DNA of 64,000 nt from NCBI GenBank assembly GCA_027604505.1, contig JADIIX010000048.1, positions 62,001-126,000 on the forward strand. Reading direction: 5' to 3'. The notes beneath the pieces are model-generated. The model was not told the DNA's origin, made no database searches, and saw only the letters and a list, made by a program, of their open reading frames with translations. Made by a program: the position numbers and the translations under genes. The stretch is from Gonapodya sp. JEL0774. Taxonomy: Eukaryota. Positions 36,952 to 49,343 of this stretch are shown one piece after another. Position 1 is the stretch's first letter; each line of letters begins with the position of its first letter.

Positions 36952-38698
36952 ATGGAGAACAGCTGGGACGGAGCGAATGACAGTCCGTCCATTCCGGTCG
37001 CAAACACGACGGTAGAAGGTGCTCGGTTTCGGTACCTCTGCCATGCTTGCGGATCCATAACAGAGCGGGACTCTCAGAGTCTTATTTGTGCGCATTGTGG
37101 CTCGGACTTCGTCGAAGAGGTTCGTGATTGCCGAGGGTGAAGAAGGGATCGACAGGGACCATTGGCGGTTTCATGCACTCCTTGGTTCTTATTTCGAGAA
37201 CGTGTGGCAGGGATATTTCGCACTGACTCTAGGACTATTGTGAATGTACCATTGTTGACTATCACTTCCTTCTTAGAATCCATCACAGGATATTGAGCAT
37301 CAATACGCCAACGACGGTGAAACTGGTGACGATGACGATTCTCCATTCACCGACTTCTTGGCAGGAAGACTTCCATTGGGCTCAAGACCCTTGTTGAACA
37401 GTGATGCTGACGGAGATGGGGACGGAGATCGGGAGGATGGGCAAGGAGAACATCTTCCTGGAGAGTTTCCGTCCAGGAGCCGAGCAAGACGTAATTTTGA
37501 GGGTGGAAGTACGGCTGCACAGAACCAAACAGACATCCTCGCTGCACTTGTGAGTTTCAAGGTAAACCCAACTTTGTTCCGCCGACTCGGGCGGCACACT
37601 GCTTCGCGGAGCCTATGAAGCAATCACCCAGCCGCAGGGTCGAGCGCTGCTTGTCACCGACACCGACTGTGAAGAAGTTGGTCGTGGCGACCGTGTCAGT
37701 CCCGACAATTTGAAGTCAACTTCTTAGATTTCTAAGCGGTTCCACCAGTGCTCACGCTTTCTTTTGAAATTCCCAGATTGCTGGGCTCCTCCAGCAGCAT
37801 GTGGGATCAAGTTCTCAGGTGCTAGTTCGCACTGTTGGACCGGATGGACGAGCTACTGAAGGTGCTGTGGGGAGTGGATCTACTCCGAGTGGAGTTTCAA
37901 CAACCGAAACTACTGCGGGTCCTTCTGTGATCGGTCCATTCCCGGGGTCGTTCATGGGGGGTAATGGTGGACGCGTTGGTGGAGGAGAATACCCGCCTAT
38001 GTACCCACTTTTGTCAGCACTCTTTTCTGAGTTTGGCGGGAGGGGAACTGCAGGTGGGGGAAATGGCAGCGGCAGCGCACTCTTTCGGTTGTTGGGAGGC
38101 GTTGGTAATCCCGCGGACTATGCGCACGGGCGACAATTGGACGATGTGATCACCCAACTTATGGAAGAAGCCGCGAGGCAGCAAGCACCACCACCGTGAG
38201 CGCTGTAGTCAATGTGCTGCAAGTACTTTCTATTTTGATCGCAGCATACTACCATCTAGAGCGCCGGAGGATGCTATAAAGGCACTACTCAAAGTTACTG
38301 TAACAAAAGAAATGCTGGAAGGGGACGGGAAAAGTGAAGGAGAATTGGGTACTGGACTGGTTCCATGTACAGTTTGTCAAGGTACGTTAGTATTCGGGCT
38401 GTGAGAACTCATGAGGCTGCTGGACAACTCGTGACCCTGTTGACGACTCGTTTCAGACTCATACGCTGTCGGAGATGTTGTTGACAAAATGCCCTGCGGT
38501 CATGTCTTCCACGGTTCTTGCTTGGAGAGCTGGCTTCATATCAATGGAACGTGGTAAATAGCGTTTTAGCAACCTGAAGTGTCTCACAGCTAATTTGCGT
38601 CTGTCAGCCCGGTATGCAGATATAAGTTGGCCGGAGAAAACGGGGGTGGTCCTGCTCTCCATCAGAACCCAGAAGGATCTTCTTCCGACAATATCTGA
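36952..38698 (+). CDS. RNF115/RNF126-like E3 ubiquitin ligase (N-terminal zinc ribbon, C-terminal RING-H2)
   Basis: YLCHACG..ICAHCGSDFVEE; GNPADYAHG..LDDVITQLM; spliced PCTVCQ|DSYAVGD..MPCGHVFHGSCLESWLHINGT|xPVCRYKL. Confidence 0.88.
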
Positions 38699-38780
38699 AT
38701 ATGAGAATGCAAATGGCGTTCGCTCTTTCCAGATCGTATGATACATAGATGACCGATTCTGAAGCCCCTTCAATGTGATT

Positions 38781-41230
38781 TCAATTAAACTGAATATTTG
38801 ACTGCCATAAATCTCGATCGCGCATTGCACGTAGGTGTCCTCCGTGAGTTCTGCTCAGCAATTCGAACGCTTGCTTCACATAAAGCGAGTCACAGAGGCG
38901 ACTATGAGCCAGCATTTCCGAAAGGCGTGCTCGAGGATCTGCAAGGATCTTTTTTTCGTCGAAAGTTGAGACTGAGAAAAGGGGTTGCAGCAAGGGAAGC
39001 GCACCAGGCTTGCATGTGATGGACGATGAAGTTGGGGATAAAATTCGATCACGATCACTAGTCGAGAGAATATGTCAAATAGATTACCGAATTCCCGTAG
39101 ATGCTCTTCAATACGGACCTTTCAACCACCGGCCGCACGACAGCTCGGAGCGTCTCCAAGCGGCGCTCTCGATCTTCGCACTTTCGCTGTTCCTGATCAG
39201 CCTTTTCCTTCATCTCTTTCACCTTCCTTTCGTGAATCTCTTTGCGCGCTCTGGTCCTTTTTCGATTTGCAGATTGCAGGGCTTCGTATGCTTTCTGCCA
39301 CTCACGGTGACGAACCTCTTCAGCCAGCGCTAGGGATTGCTTCAGTTTTTCCTTCTCCTCGTTTGCTGTTTTAAGCAAATGCCTTGTAAGTTCTCTGCAC
39401 CTGCGTTCCTTCTCGATATTTGCGGTCTCTTTTGCCTTCGCTAGCATCCACAGCGTTAACGCAGCTTTCTCTTGCTCCTCACGTTTATGTAGATTCAACG
39501 TGCGAAGACTAATCAATCGATTGCGTAGATTTGCGCGCCTAGATGCATCGGCGGCGGCGAGTTTAGCGGAAGCAAGGTCTTTGACGTGAGAGTTATTCAC
39601 TGCCTGTGGGGTTTACGAGTATCGTATTATGTTTGATGAAGCCTCAAGCGGTTGGATCCCACTCACTTGCACTCTTCGGAGGATATCTAAAACCATCGTT
39701 TTCCTCTCTAGATTCCATCTACACGAGATATCAAGAACCCTATCACGACCGATTTGTTTCTTCAGATACCACTCTTTCGCGCGAAGAATGGCCTTTTGCG
39801 ATTGTGACGGAAACTGAATTTTCAGGCGCTCGAGCAGAAGCGAGCGCAGAGTTGACCGCGGGAGGGCTGATAGATTATGAAAGCAGAGGTCGATAGCAGT
39901 GAAATTGGATTGCATCTTTCCTGTCCCTACAGTGGCTAGATCGGGTATGGGAATTGGCACCAGAGACGTTGGCTTTGGTGGATTCATGAAGCGATTATAA
40001 ACATCCACAATGTGTGCAAGAACTCGTAAAGGTGATCCATCGTTTCTGCTCTGTTCCAAAGAGTCGTCCCAACCCCACACCCACCCTTTAGGAGGTATCA
40101 AATGCCGATCGCGGACATCTTCCAAGTAGTTCCGATACTCTTTGTCCATTTCCTCATAGGCAATCAGCATTGTTTGAAGTAATGAGTTGTCCGCGCATGG
40201 GACATCAAGTAAGGAGACCAGCATGCTAGGTTCCTCTTGATGAAAATCACGAGAAATTTCTATGCAGAGTGGGGTCGGGTTCGTCCAAGTATGACCGAGG
40301 ATATTTCGTTCAAAACTCATAAAAGTGCTGTAGCAGACTTACGTTCTTCGTCGTCGGTCGACCAGAACAGCATAGAAACAGGAACAGAACACCACAGTTC
40401 CCCGTCCACGTAGTCATAATGTTGCCCATCCAATAATAGTTCCAGATACTCTAGGCAATTGCTTGCGAATGCTGGGAACTTTGTTTCTAGATCATGAGCA
40501 TACAAAGCAGCATCCCGTTCACATTGAGCTGCAAGCAACAGGGCTTTGGCCCGGAGAACTTGGAACGATTGTTCGTGAGACGCCTTATTTGAGCTCACAC
40601 TATCTGCGTAGATACTGGTGCGGATTTGTTGGACACTAGCGAGTAAATCTGCAGAGATCGCAATTGCTGTAGTATGAACACATGTGTCTGCAGAAAACTA
40701 ACTGTCAATCTCAGACCTTGAGATTCTTTCTTTCGTATGACCTCTCTTTGGTCTTCTTCATTTGAAAGTTCATCGATCAGTGTGAGCAATTCCAGATCAG
40801 CCGTCGCCATCGAGAGATCCTTTTGCCCGATGTACAGCCCAAATCCATCATCATACCACAATCGGATCGTTCTTTTCAATTGGGATCCGAGACGATCTGC
40901 CAAATCGTCCAGCGTGAACCATTCTGAGACCCAAACGCTCCGATGGAGAACCATACGCCGGAGCTTCTTTACGTCGCAGCTCGATTCCTGACGAAGTGTA
41001 TCGAGAAAAGGCAGCATGATCTGCGTTTCATGTAAATCAGGATCAGACGTAGTGGGTTGTGCATCCGTGTTCGTCTGATCGCCTCCGGCGTGTTTCGAGA
41101 TTGTATTTTGTTTGAGTCCCCGCACTCGCGTCTTCTTCTGCATCGCGATCTCGTAATCGTCTGGGTGCACCAGACGACGCGTAGCGCGTGTTAGCGCGAC
41201 AGACAACTGATTGTCGATCGATGTAGCCAT
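38781..41230 (-). CDS. CCDC148: Coiled-coil domain-containing protein 148-like
   Basis: N-terminal PDDYE, long K/E/R coiled coil, and C-terminal PLFSVSTFDEKKILADPRARLSEML..LCDSLYVK, which resembles the CCDC148 C-terminus. GT-AG introns reconcile the split ORFs. Confidence 0.7.
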
Positions 41231-41366
41231 ATCCTGCTATATGAATAAGGAGAGATTCAGACGACAGCAAATCTGGAAAAGTTTACAATTACAGTATCGG
41301 CACACCAAAACTTGTTCAATTCACTTTACTGAATATTCGCAACCGAGTACATCATAAAAAACCTAG

Positions 41367-42596
41367 CTATTCGTCGTCCGTATCACTTTGCCCCGCACCA
41401 ACGTCCGGTATTTTGTCTCCTGCCACATGTTCGTCCTCATCCGACTCTTCGCCAAAAACGACTTCGGCAGCAGCTCGCCTAATGAATAGAAGCGGATACA
41501 CTCGTGCATCTGCCCTCATACAGTTGACAAAGCAGACGACTTCACCCACCGCCTCTTGTTTGGATTAATTAGACTTCTTTCCGACTTGCTGCCCAAGCCG
41601 ACCATCTTTGGCTTTTCTTTCACTCGCCGACCTCCGGGTCCTCCGTGCATGGGCCTGTAGTTCATCGCAGAGTCCATGGTCGACGCCCCTATTCGTCCGT
41701 CACGGGACCCAGTTGTCAATTTGGCTGTCTCCATTTGCTGAAGTTTCTCTTTGTGAAACTTTAATTCAGATTCTGTTTGTTCCAGCTTCTTCCGCAATGC
41801 ATCGAACTCGGCAGCTAATGAGGTTACAAGCTTACGGTCTTTCATCTCGGACATGGTTGGTTGAACCCGACTCACTTTTCGCAGGATCCTCTCCTATATA
41901 ACACCGCCGCTTCTCAGCGCAAGCTGTGAACAGCTTGGCAAAGTGCATTTGCATTACTCAGCAGATTTTTTACTACTCGCTCAAACCCTCCCTCACCTTG
42001 ACCATCAGCTCAGAGACTCGCACTTTAGCCTCATCCGGTTCAATTTTCTCCAACGTATCAAAGCGAATGGGATGCGAGGAATCGGGTTCTATCGTGAACT
42101 GAAAATCTTGGGGGATGAACCTTTCGGCGAACGATAGAAGATTGATTGAGGCGTCTTACATTGACATACTCTCCCTTGACGTCCACTTTGAGATTCCCAT
42201 GTGGTAGCTCATTCACCTGAGGAAGAGCACGAAGCTGAATTAGTGGTTAGATGGACGCACCTCATTACCTCCATCGCACTATTCTTTTTGCAAAATCCTC
42301 CTGCCTCTGTAATCCTGACGCCAAAATCAGTTTACTTAGTTGGTTGCCGGTGTAAGTCCGTCGAAACCATCGATCTCTTGGTGGTGAAGGAAGGCCTTAA
42401 GCCGAATGCGAGTCGCGATTTGAATTGAGATCGGAGTTCACCTTCCATCTGTCACGTTGATTGTGAGAGAATGATCGGTTGCTCCCATGTAGACAAAGAG
42501 TTGAAGTGGATGGTAGACAAGCTGAACAAGCTTGTCCATGAGAAAAATGAGTGACATAACGATGACCTTGAGGGGAGAAACGTAGATATCTCTCAT
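41367..42596 (-). CDS. PAXX: PAXX-like (XRCC4/XLF superfamily) non-homologous end-joining factor
   Basis: Spliced LTINVTDGR|DRWFRRTYTGNQLSKLILASGLQRQEDFAKRI...FTIEPDSSHPIRFDTLEKIEPDEAKVRVSELMVK, then a coiled coil and C-terminal ERSLINPNKRR|RAAAEVVFGEE. Confidence 0.65.
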
Positions 42597-43580
42597 GCTG
42601 TGTATCTTCAACTTACGTCATTGAGAGCGCTAAGAGTTTTCGTTCCCATCGCTCCAAAGATACAAATCAATCGGGAACTTCATGATGCACAGAACACAAC
42701 GAAGAAAAGCAGAACCGACTCAGCGCACAACTCGCATACCAATAAATCAGAGTGCTATTATTGCGTCGGGTCACTGGTTACCATCTCAGGAAGCACCGGA
42801 CTTGTGAATGGTTGCTTGCCGTCACGAAGACTCCATACTTCACGGCAGCAGAAAGCGAAAATGCTGTCACAACCCCAACACGGAACGTTTGGAACACCCA
42901 CTAAACAGTGGAAATCGGGAATATGCTCCATCGCCCGCAATTCACCGTCTTTTTCGACCGGACGTTTTCGAGCGCCTGAAGTTCGTCCACCCGGCTGATC
43001 GTGCACCTCACGTCTACTGTAGTGAACAACTCCTGGGTCTTGGAGCCATTGCCGAGCGGTTCTGGATCCAAGGAATCACGTCTAAGGGCTTGGATTAGTG
43101 TGTATCAGTATGAACGTCCCACTTATTGAGTTATTGCAGAATCCTTCGACAACAGGGTGATGTTGTCCGATTAGAGGACATTATGGCAAGGCAGACAGAC
43201 GACGAAAGCACCGGACTTGATAAACGGAAGTGCTTTCGAATGGTCTGCGACTATATACCTAGAGGTCCGTGCAGTCCCTCCTTCTTCAGCTTCTTGTACA
43301 TTCGCCTAACGTAATCTGCGAACTACAGACTCCCCGTGGAGACTGATTATGCCATTCTAGTATTCTATTGTAGCTATTACACGGAGAACCTCAACAAAAG
43401 CTACGTTTATGTATCGCGCCACTTATTGTACTCTTATAAGGGCTCCCGGGTTGATTCAAAGCAAGTCGACCCGTGATTGAATCTGATTAGTGACAGCAAT
43501 GGTGGGACGAGACGGTCCATCACCTGCACCAAACCATAGTCCGACATCGGAAACCAACCGCAACCAAGTCTCTCCAATAG

Positions 43581-43625
43581 GCGGGGTAGACGGGGTAGAC
43601 GGGGTGGACGGGGTAGACGGGGTAG
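43581..43625 (+). repeat. 9-bp tandem repeat (CGGGGTAGA) x about 5 with five GGGG tracts; potential G-quadruplex
   Basis: gcggggtagacggggtagacggggtggacggggtagacggggtag read directly. Confidence 0.85.
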
Positions 43626-43737
43626 TGTGAACTTGCCCAACTACTCAAAGACCGACAAAGTTTTACTGTGTCGGTCTTAGCGCAAACAAAAACTACTACA
43701 TTTCACTCCTGGCGAACATTCGTCCATCAAACTCGCA

Positions 43738-45533
43738 CTAACTGCTTAGAAGGCTTCTAAAATGAGAGTTCTCTCCGCCCTCCAAGACACGCGATAGGGG
43801 CAAAGTGGATGGTCGGCGTTGCTGCATCTGCAGTTTGGTGCCCCAAAGCTGAATCTTCAGAAGATAACTCTCTTTCAACAAAACATGAACGCACCAGATA
43901 TTCAATTGCCAGGGAAAGACCGCTGCGACGCTCTTCATTAGACGAGTGCTTTCCAATCCATACGATAACTTCGCTTCCGCTGTCGAGCAAAAACACATCA
44001 TCCGATTTCTTGTTGACGGAACAGTTAGGGCTCATTGATTGCATTAGGGGGAGCTGGAAGCCTTTACCCACAAAATCACCCATTGTAATTGTACCTCGGC
44101 GAACCTCGGTGAAAGTAAGTTTGCCCGATGCCCGTACGATCTTCAGGAGGACTTTCGTGCCCGACGAAGACAGGCTCCTTGCTGTTGTCCAAATGTTTCA
44201 ACCAAGGCTTTGTCTTCAAAGTAAAAAACGGGCTCACCTGAATCGATCGCTGGCTTTATCCGGACATCCTGAACACTGGACGCCGGAACACCGAGGAGCT
44301 CCCAGAATCGCGCACCATCCCTATCCCCTTGATCAATGACCTGTATCAGACCCATTCAAACATTAGCGCCTGCCATCCAAGAATTCGACATCAAGAACCC
44401 ACCTTGACTTCAGCACCTCCGCGCTCCCCATCAAGGTATCGACAAAATCCAGCAGCAGTAACCCTTTCAATCCCGTTTGAATGCTTCCCATTCCATTGGT
44501 AAATCACTTTTCCATTGTCCAAAACAAAAACGTCCCCGTCGTTGAGACTATCTGCATTTAGGGGAACTTCATTCAGCAATGCTTGATTCTTTTTCTGACC
44601 ACTCTTGACATGATAGAGGCGTGGTCGGAATACTTCACTCTATGTTGCAGCTTGTTTGTTGCTGATGAATCGATGTCACAAGTGCATCAACACGACAACT
44701 AACCTTCACATGCTTGAACCCAGAGTCAGCACCTCCTTTAGTGACAATAAAATTGTTGAAATAAGATAGAAAGAGAGGAGATTCGTTGCCCTGGACTTCA
44801 CGGTGCTGGACAGCGGTGGTGTGAAGATCTAACGCCAGATAGGATTTTAACCATGGACTTCTTCAGGTACACCACGTGATGATTAACTTGCAGTCATCGA
44901 GTTCCACTGTCTTGTATGCTGCAGTGCCTGCTTCATCTTGGGTTGTCTCGAGCCCCAAAAAGAAGTGGATATCATGGTAGAGCTTTGGCGCTGAAGGTTC
45001 TTTCCATGTCTGTCAGTGTGTATTGATGGTCAGCACTCAGCAGGAACGTAGCGCTGCTTCATAGGGCGATTTGTCAGTGATTGACGTACGTTCAAAACTA
45101 TATACTGAACGAAGTTGTTCAAACTTGTGAGCAATCAGTGTCATTCAAGCACCCAAGACAATCACGAACCGAGTCTCCGGTAAAAAACTGTCCATAGTGC
45201 GAGGGATCAACAGGGACAACCTTGAAGTTGACGATCCTCCAGACACGCAATTCAACTGCCTCCCCCACTCCTCTCCACTGGGCTTCTGTTTCCGCCGCAG
45301 AGAGGCGGACTTTCTTTTCAAGCTGTGGGAGAGAAGGGGTGCGAACACCGTTGGTGCGAAAGCTTCTCGAGATCAAGGTTCCGCGTGTAAGCAAAGCTTC
45401 TATACACATACATCTGTTCCAAGCCCTGCGATATTCGAGTCGCTTAGATCTGATTACATGGAGAATTTTATTTGAGTTGTTGAAGTGAATGCGACGAACG
45501 CATCTCCTTACCGAGCTGCTTTGGCTTCATCAT
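43738..45533 (-). CDS. Severin/fragmin-type three-domain gelsolin-family actin-severing protein
   Basis: [112 protein letters not shown]. Confidence 0.92.
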
Positions 45534-45868
45534 AGCTGGGGATTGGACATATACGATGCCGGGTGTTGAACAGCATTGAGTTTAATATATGTTCACAAAC
45601 AGTAGCATTCGCAGCGGTAGCACGGACGAGGATTTTTTTTTGGCTCAGAATGGAACAGCGTCAGTGTGGAGATGTAATTCGCGGAGAGAGAGCAGGACGA
45701 ACATATTGCCAATGAGGCCACCGACTTTACATTGTATGTAATGCAAGATGTAATGGATAATGCACCGGTTTGTTACTTTCTCCCCTCTTGCGCTGCAGAA
45801 ATCAAATGGTGTAAAACACAGGTAAGGGTATGGTGTAATGAGATTCAGGATTATCATACAGTCAACAT

Positions 45869-48800
45869 TTATGTGCCGGTACTCTCGTTACCATCATCCG
45901 GAAACACCACGAGCCCAAGATCGTCCTCATTCACTTGATTCGTAAGTGGAACATACTGCGTCTTAGCAAATAGTCCAGCCACAGCGCCTGAACGAAGCAA
46001 ACGTTCACCGATTTGTATCCAAGCATCGCAGTGAGCTCTGGGGTACAAAATAGGGTTCTGTGTGATCGCACTCAAAGCCGCATATGACACCCAGTGCACG
46101 CCCGCGATACTCACTGTGCCAGTTCCCTCAAATCTCTGCCGTCATCTGCCTGCATCTCAATTGGTCCAGCATCTTGCATTAGGTTCCCTGTAAACACAGT
46201 CAGCTCGTGCCGGAGTTGATGATACTCTCGTTCCCAGCGTCGTTCGTCCGGCTGTGGGTGATGTCCAAACTCTTTCTTTGGCACAGGCGTTGAATCTGAC
46301 CGACTGCGGGAAGCTTGAGGTGTCCCACGGGATACGGAAGGGAGGGTCGACGTTGGCGGTATTGTTTTGGTGTTGGGGCTGCTTGTTGAGCTTCCAGTGG
46401 CTCTCTTCTTTGAATCTGAGCTCACATTCTCATTAGGTTTGGATGAAGATGATGGCGATGATTTCTCTTGCTCCGCTGTGCTTTCCCCATCAGAGCCTCG
46501 AATGTTCACTAGCAAGCCAACCATCCAAGTGACGGCTGACGAGTGTAAGCGACTGTTCTCCTCATGTCTGGCATCAGCATCAGTGGAAAGTTGATCCTGC
46601 ACACGATTGAGCCAACTATCAATGCGACTGGGAATTTTGGCCTGCTCTGTCTCTGTAGTGTTCGAAAGTGTGTCTGATCGCGAGGTGCAAGAAAGTACGG
46701 AATGGTGAACATTTGTGGGAAGCCCTTTGATTGTGGCCTTGGAAGTCGTAACTAACCTCTCAGTGCTTTCACAAGTTGGCTCCACGTTCTCAAACTCTCT
46801 CTGAGTGCAGAGCGCTCCTGCTCTGCCAAACCCAAATCGCCCTCTCGGGCATGGTACGCCGCGACTCTGTCTTCCAGTTGATTCTGCAGCGCAACCGCAG
46901 CCGATGCAACCCCGTCTTCACCCGCTAGTCGTGCTGCAAGTTTGTCACACCATCGATCCACATCCCGCCCTCCCCGTGTGAGAGTTTCCTTCATGGTACT
47001 GTACCTCGCTGCATTGGTTGACGCAGCATTTCTATTCAGCAACCGATTAGCTGACTCAAGCCACCCGTCCGACAGTCGTCGGGCAGAGAGCAGGTCCTCG
47101 CGCAGGGCTAAATATGCTTCAGAGGTGAAACGGCTAGCTATTCGAGAGCAGGCATCCAGCCAGTCCGCCAGGTGTTCCCCAGCTGTCCGGGCATCGCGCA
47201 CGTAAAAAACTTCAAGAAGGGGGTGGTGAGCCGCGGATGAAGCGACGGCAGCAGTGTTCACATTCACATTGCCCAAGATAATGTTCGGATCATTCACTTC
47301 AAGACCTCTCAGAACAGCCTGCATTGCCTTGCTCACAGCTGCGAGCGCCTCCACCCCTGCTTTATCCTCTTCAACCACGCGCTGTGATAACCCCATTAGC
47401 TGCCTTTTCCACTTGCCTACTTGGTCCGCTACCAATTCCACATCTCTGGCATTCGTCTGCGCGACGAGAACGGCCATCTTTGCTGCGCATCGCAAGCGTC
47501 CTTCTTCTTCATGTTGTAATCTCACCAAATCCTCCACACCATGTTCCTCTCCCGCTCTCACAGCGAGTGCAGTGGCTGCGTCCATCCAAACTGCCCGGTC
47601 CCGTTCTGCCTTGCCCAGTGCTGTTTCCAGTCGACGTCTTTGCATCGCATACAGAGCTCTATATTCTCGCACTACTTCATCTGCACCTTCTGCTGCCGTC
47701 ACAGCACGCACCAGCCTTTGTGCTGCTTCCCCTGCCCGTTGAGCAACCTCAGCATCATGCGCACGCACAAGCTCTACCCCGCGGGCGAGATCCCTTGCAG
47801 CCTCCCTTGCACGACGAAGTTCCTCCGCCAGTCGCGTGGACAGCTTCCGTTGCGCCTGTAGCTCGGCATGCATGTTACGGACGTGAACAGGTATTCGGCG
47901 GAACATGCCAGCGTATCGGCGTCGCACCTCAGCAAGGAGCTGACCTCGCTCAATCATTGTTACTGCGCACTGACGGACGAGCTCTGCGAGGACAGTGTCA
48001 TAAATGCGCTGCTCTTCGCGAATGATGCCCAGAAAAGCATGCAGGTCTGTAGGATAGATGGGGAAGGCCCCCCCGGTCTCGGTCGGCATAGGTGGCGAGC
48101 CGGTGGTAATGTCGTTGCCCACAATGACACCATCGGCTCCAATGGTAGAAAGCGCCCGCATCATTTCTTCTTTCACTGCGACCATCTCTTTTCGGGTGAG
48201 CGGGCGGAGAACGGAGGCTCCACGCACTGGTGTTTCGGTTGCTGGGTCGATTGAATCGATCTTGTGGAGGTGGGTTCAAGAACGAGGTATCAGTGAGTTG
48301 CCCGACCACGACGAAGTCCTTCCTTCTTTCACAGAAACTCACGGCACCTTCGCCCCTCTCTTCCAACTCGCCAGCAACTTCTCGGAGATCCGCGAGCACA
48401 TTCCGCCTGGACTTTGCTTGGAAGAGTTGAGATTGACCAAAATGAGATAGAGAGGAAGCTGGCCGCGAAGGGTTCGATGGGTGCCTTTGGTGAGAATGGG
48501 ATAGCCCAGGAGAATGCGACGACGGAGACATTGGGCGAGATATTGTCACAGAGGTGGTAGGAGGTTTCTCGGGGGATATGCTGACAGATTGCGATGTCTG
48601 GCCACTAGGTTTCCAACCAACGTATTTTCCACCAGCCCCATCAGGTGGCGGAGCATTCATCGACAGTTCAGTTGTTTCAGATTTATTGGCGCCCTGTGTA
48701 AGCGGTTTGCGCATGGACTCAGAGTCTCCTTGGGAGCCGGTGGCAGGGAGCGGCGGATCGGTTGGGTTGAGCGGACTAGAGGCTGAAGAGGAAACAAATG

Positions 48801-49023
48801 ACTGTTCTTTCATTTCGACTTGCTCGCCGCGAGCATTTCCTTTCGCTTTGCTGGTTCCAATTCCTCCAGACTGTCTGCTCCTCGGCTTCATTTTGGTGTT
48901 GACGACCTGGGCATGAGAGCCGCGGGTCTCTGCATGGCGGAGTTTGTCAAGGTCAGTGCGAAGAAAGGCTGGGAGAAAGGAAGGTGTTGGAGAAGATGGC
49001 GACGGGTCGCGATTCGTGTCCAT
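45869..49023 (-). CDS. Axonemal dynein light chain domain-containing protein (AXDND1-like); 3' end uncertain
   Basis: PLTRKEMVAVKE...EEQRIYDTVLAELVRQCAVTMIERGQLLAEVRRRY is the p28/Ax_dynein_light signature. It has a low-complexity N-terminus and long coiled coils downstream. Confidence 0.72.
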
Positions 49024-49343
49024 TGTGTAAAAGCAAATCTTGACCAGTTCATTTCTTCCGGTGGGTGCTAGGATTAAAATGGCTGCAACCGACACAGATA
49101 GAAACGCAATTGAAAACAATGTCCCCGAGCACATCATTTTACAGTCAAAATGATTATCAGAATTCTGATATGTGCTGTCGGATAACAATCTGGGGGAGAC
49201 AGGATGAACCCCAAAACTATCTGGTGCAAATGTAGAAAGGCACTGAATAGCATTTCATCACATCACATTACATTCATGGAATTTTTGCTTCTTACGACTG
49301 ACCATTCATTCTCCATGACGCTCCACAACGACGAGCCCATCGT

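Noticed and set aside
38781..41230. Abutting ORFs in different frames, resembling frameshifts or a pseudogene
   Set aside because: Canonical GT-AG introns (e.g. GAAC|gtaagt...gcatag|AA near 40340-40260) restore the frame.
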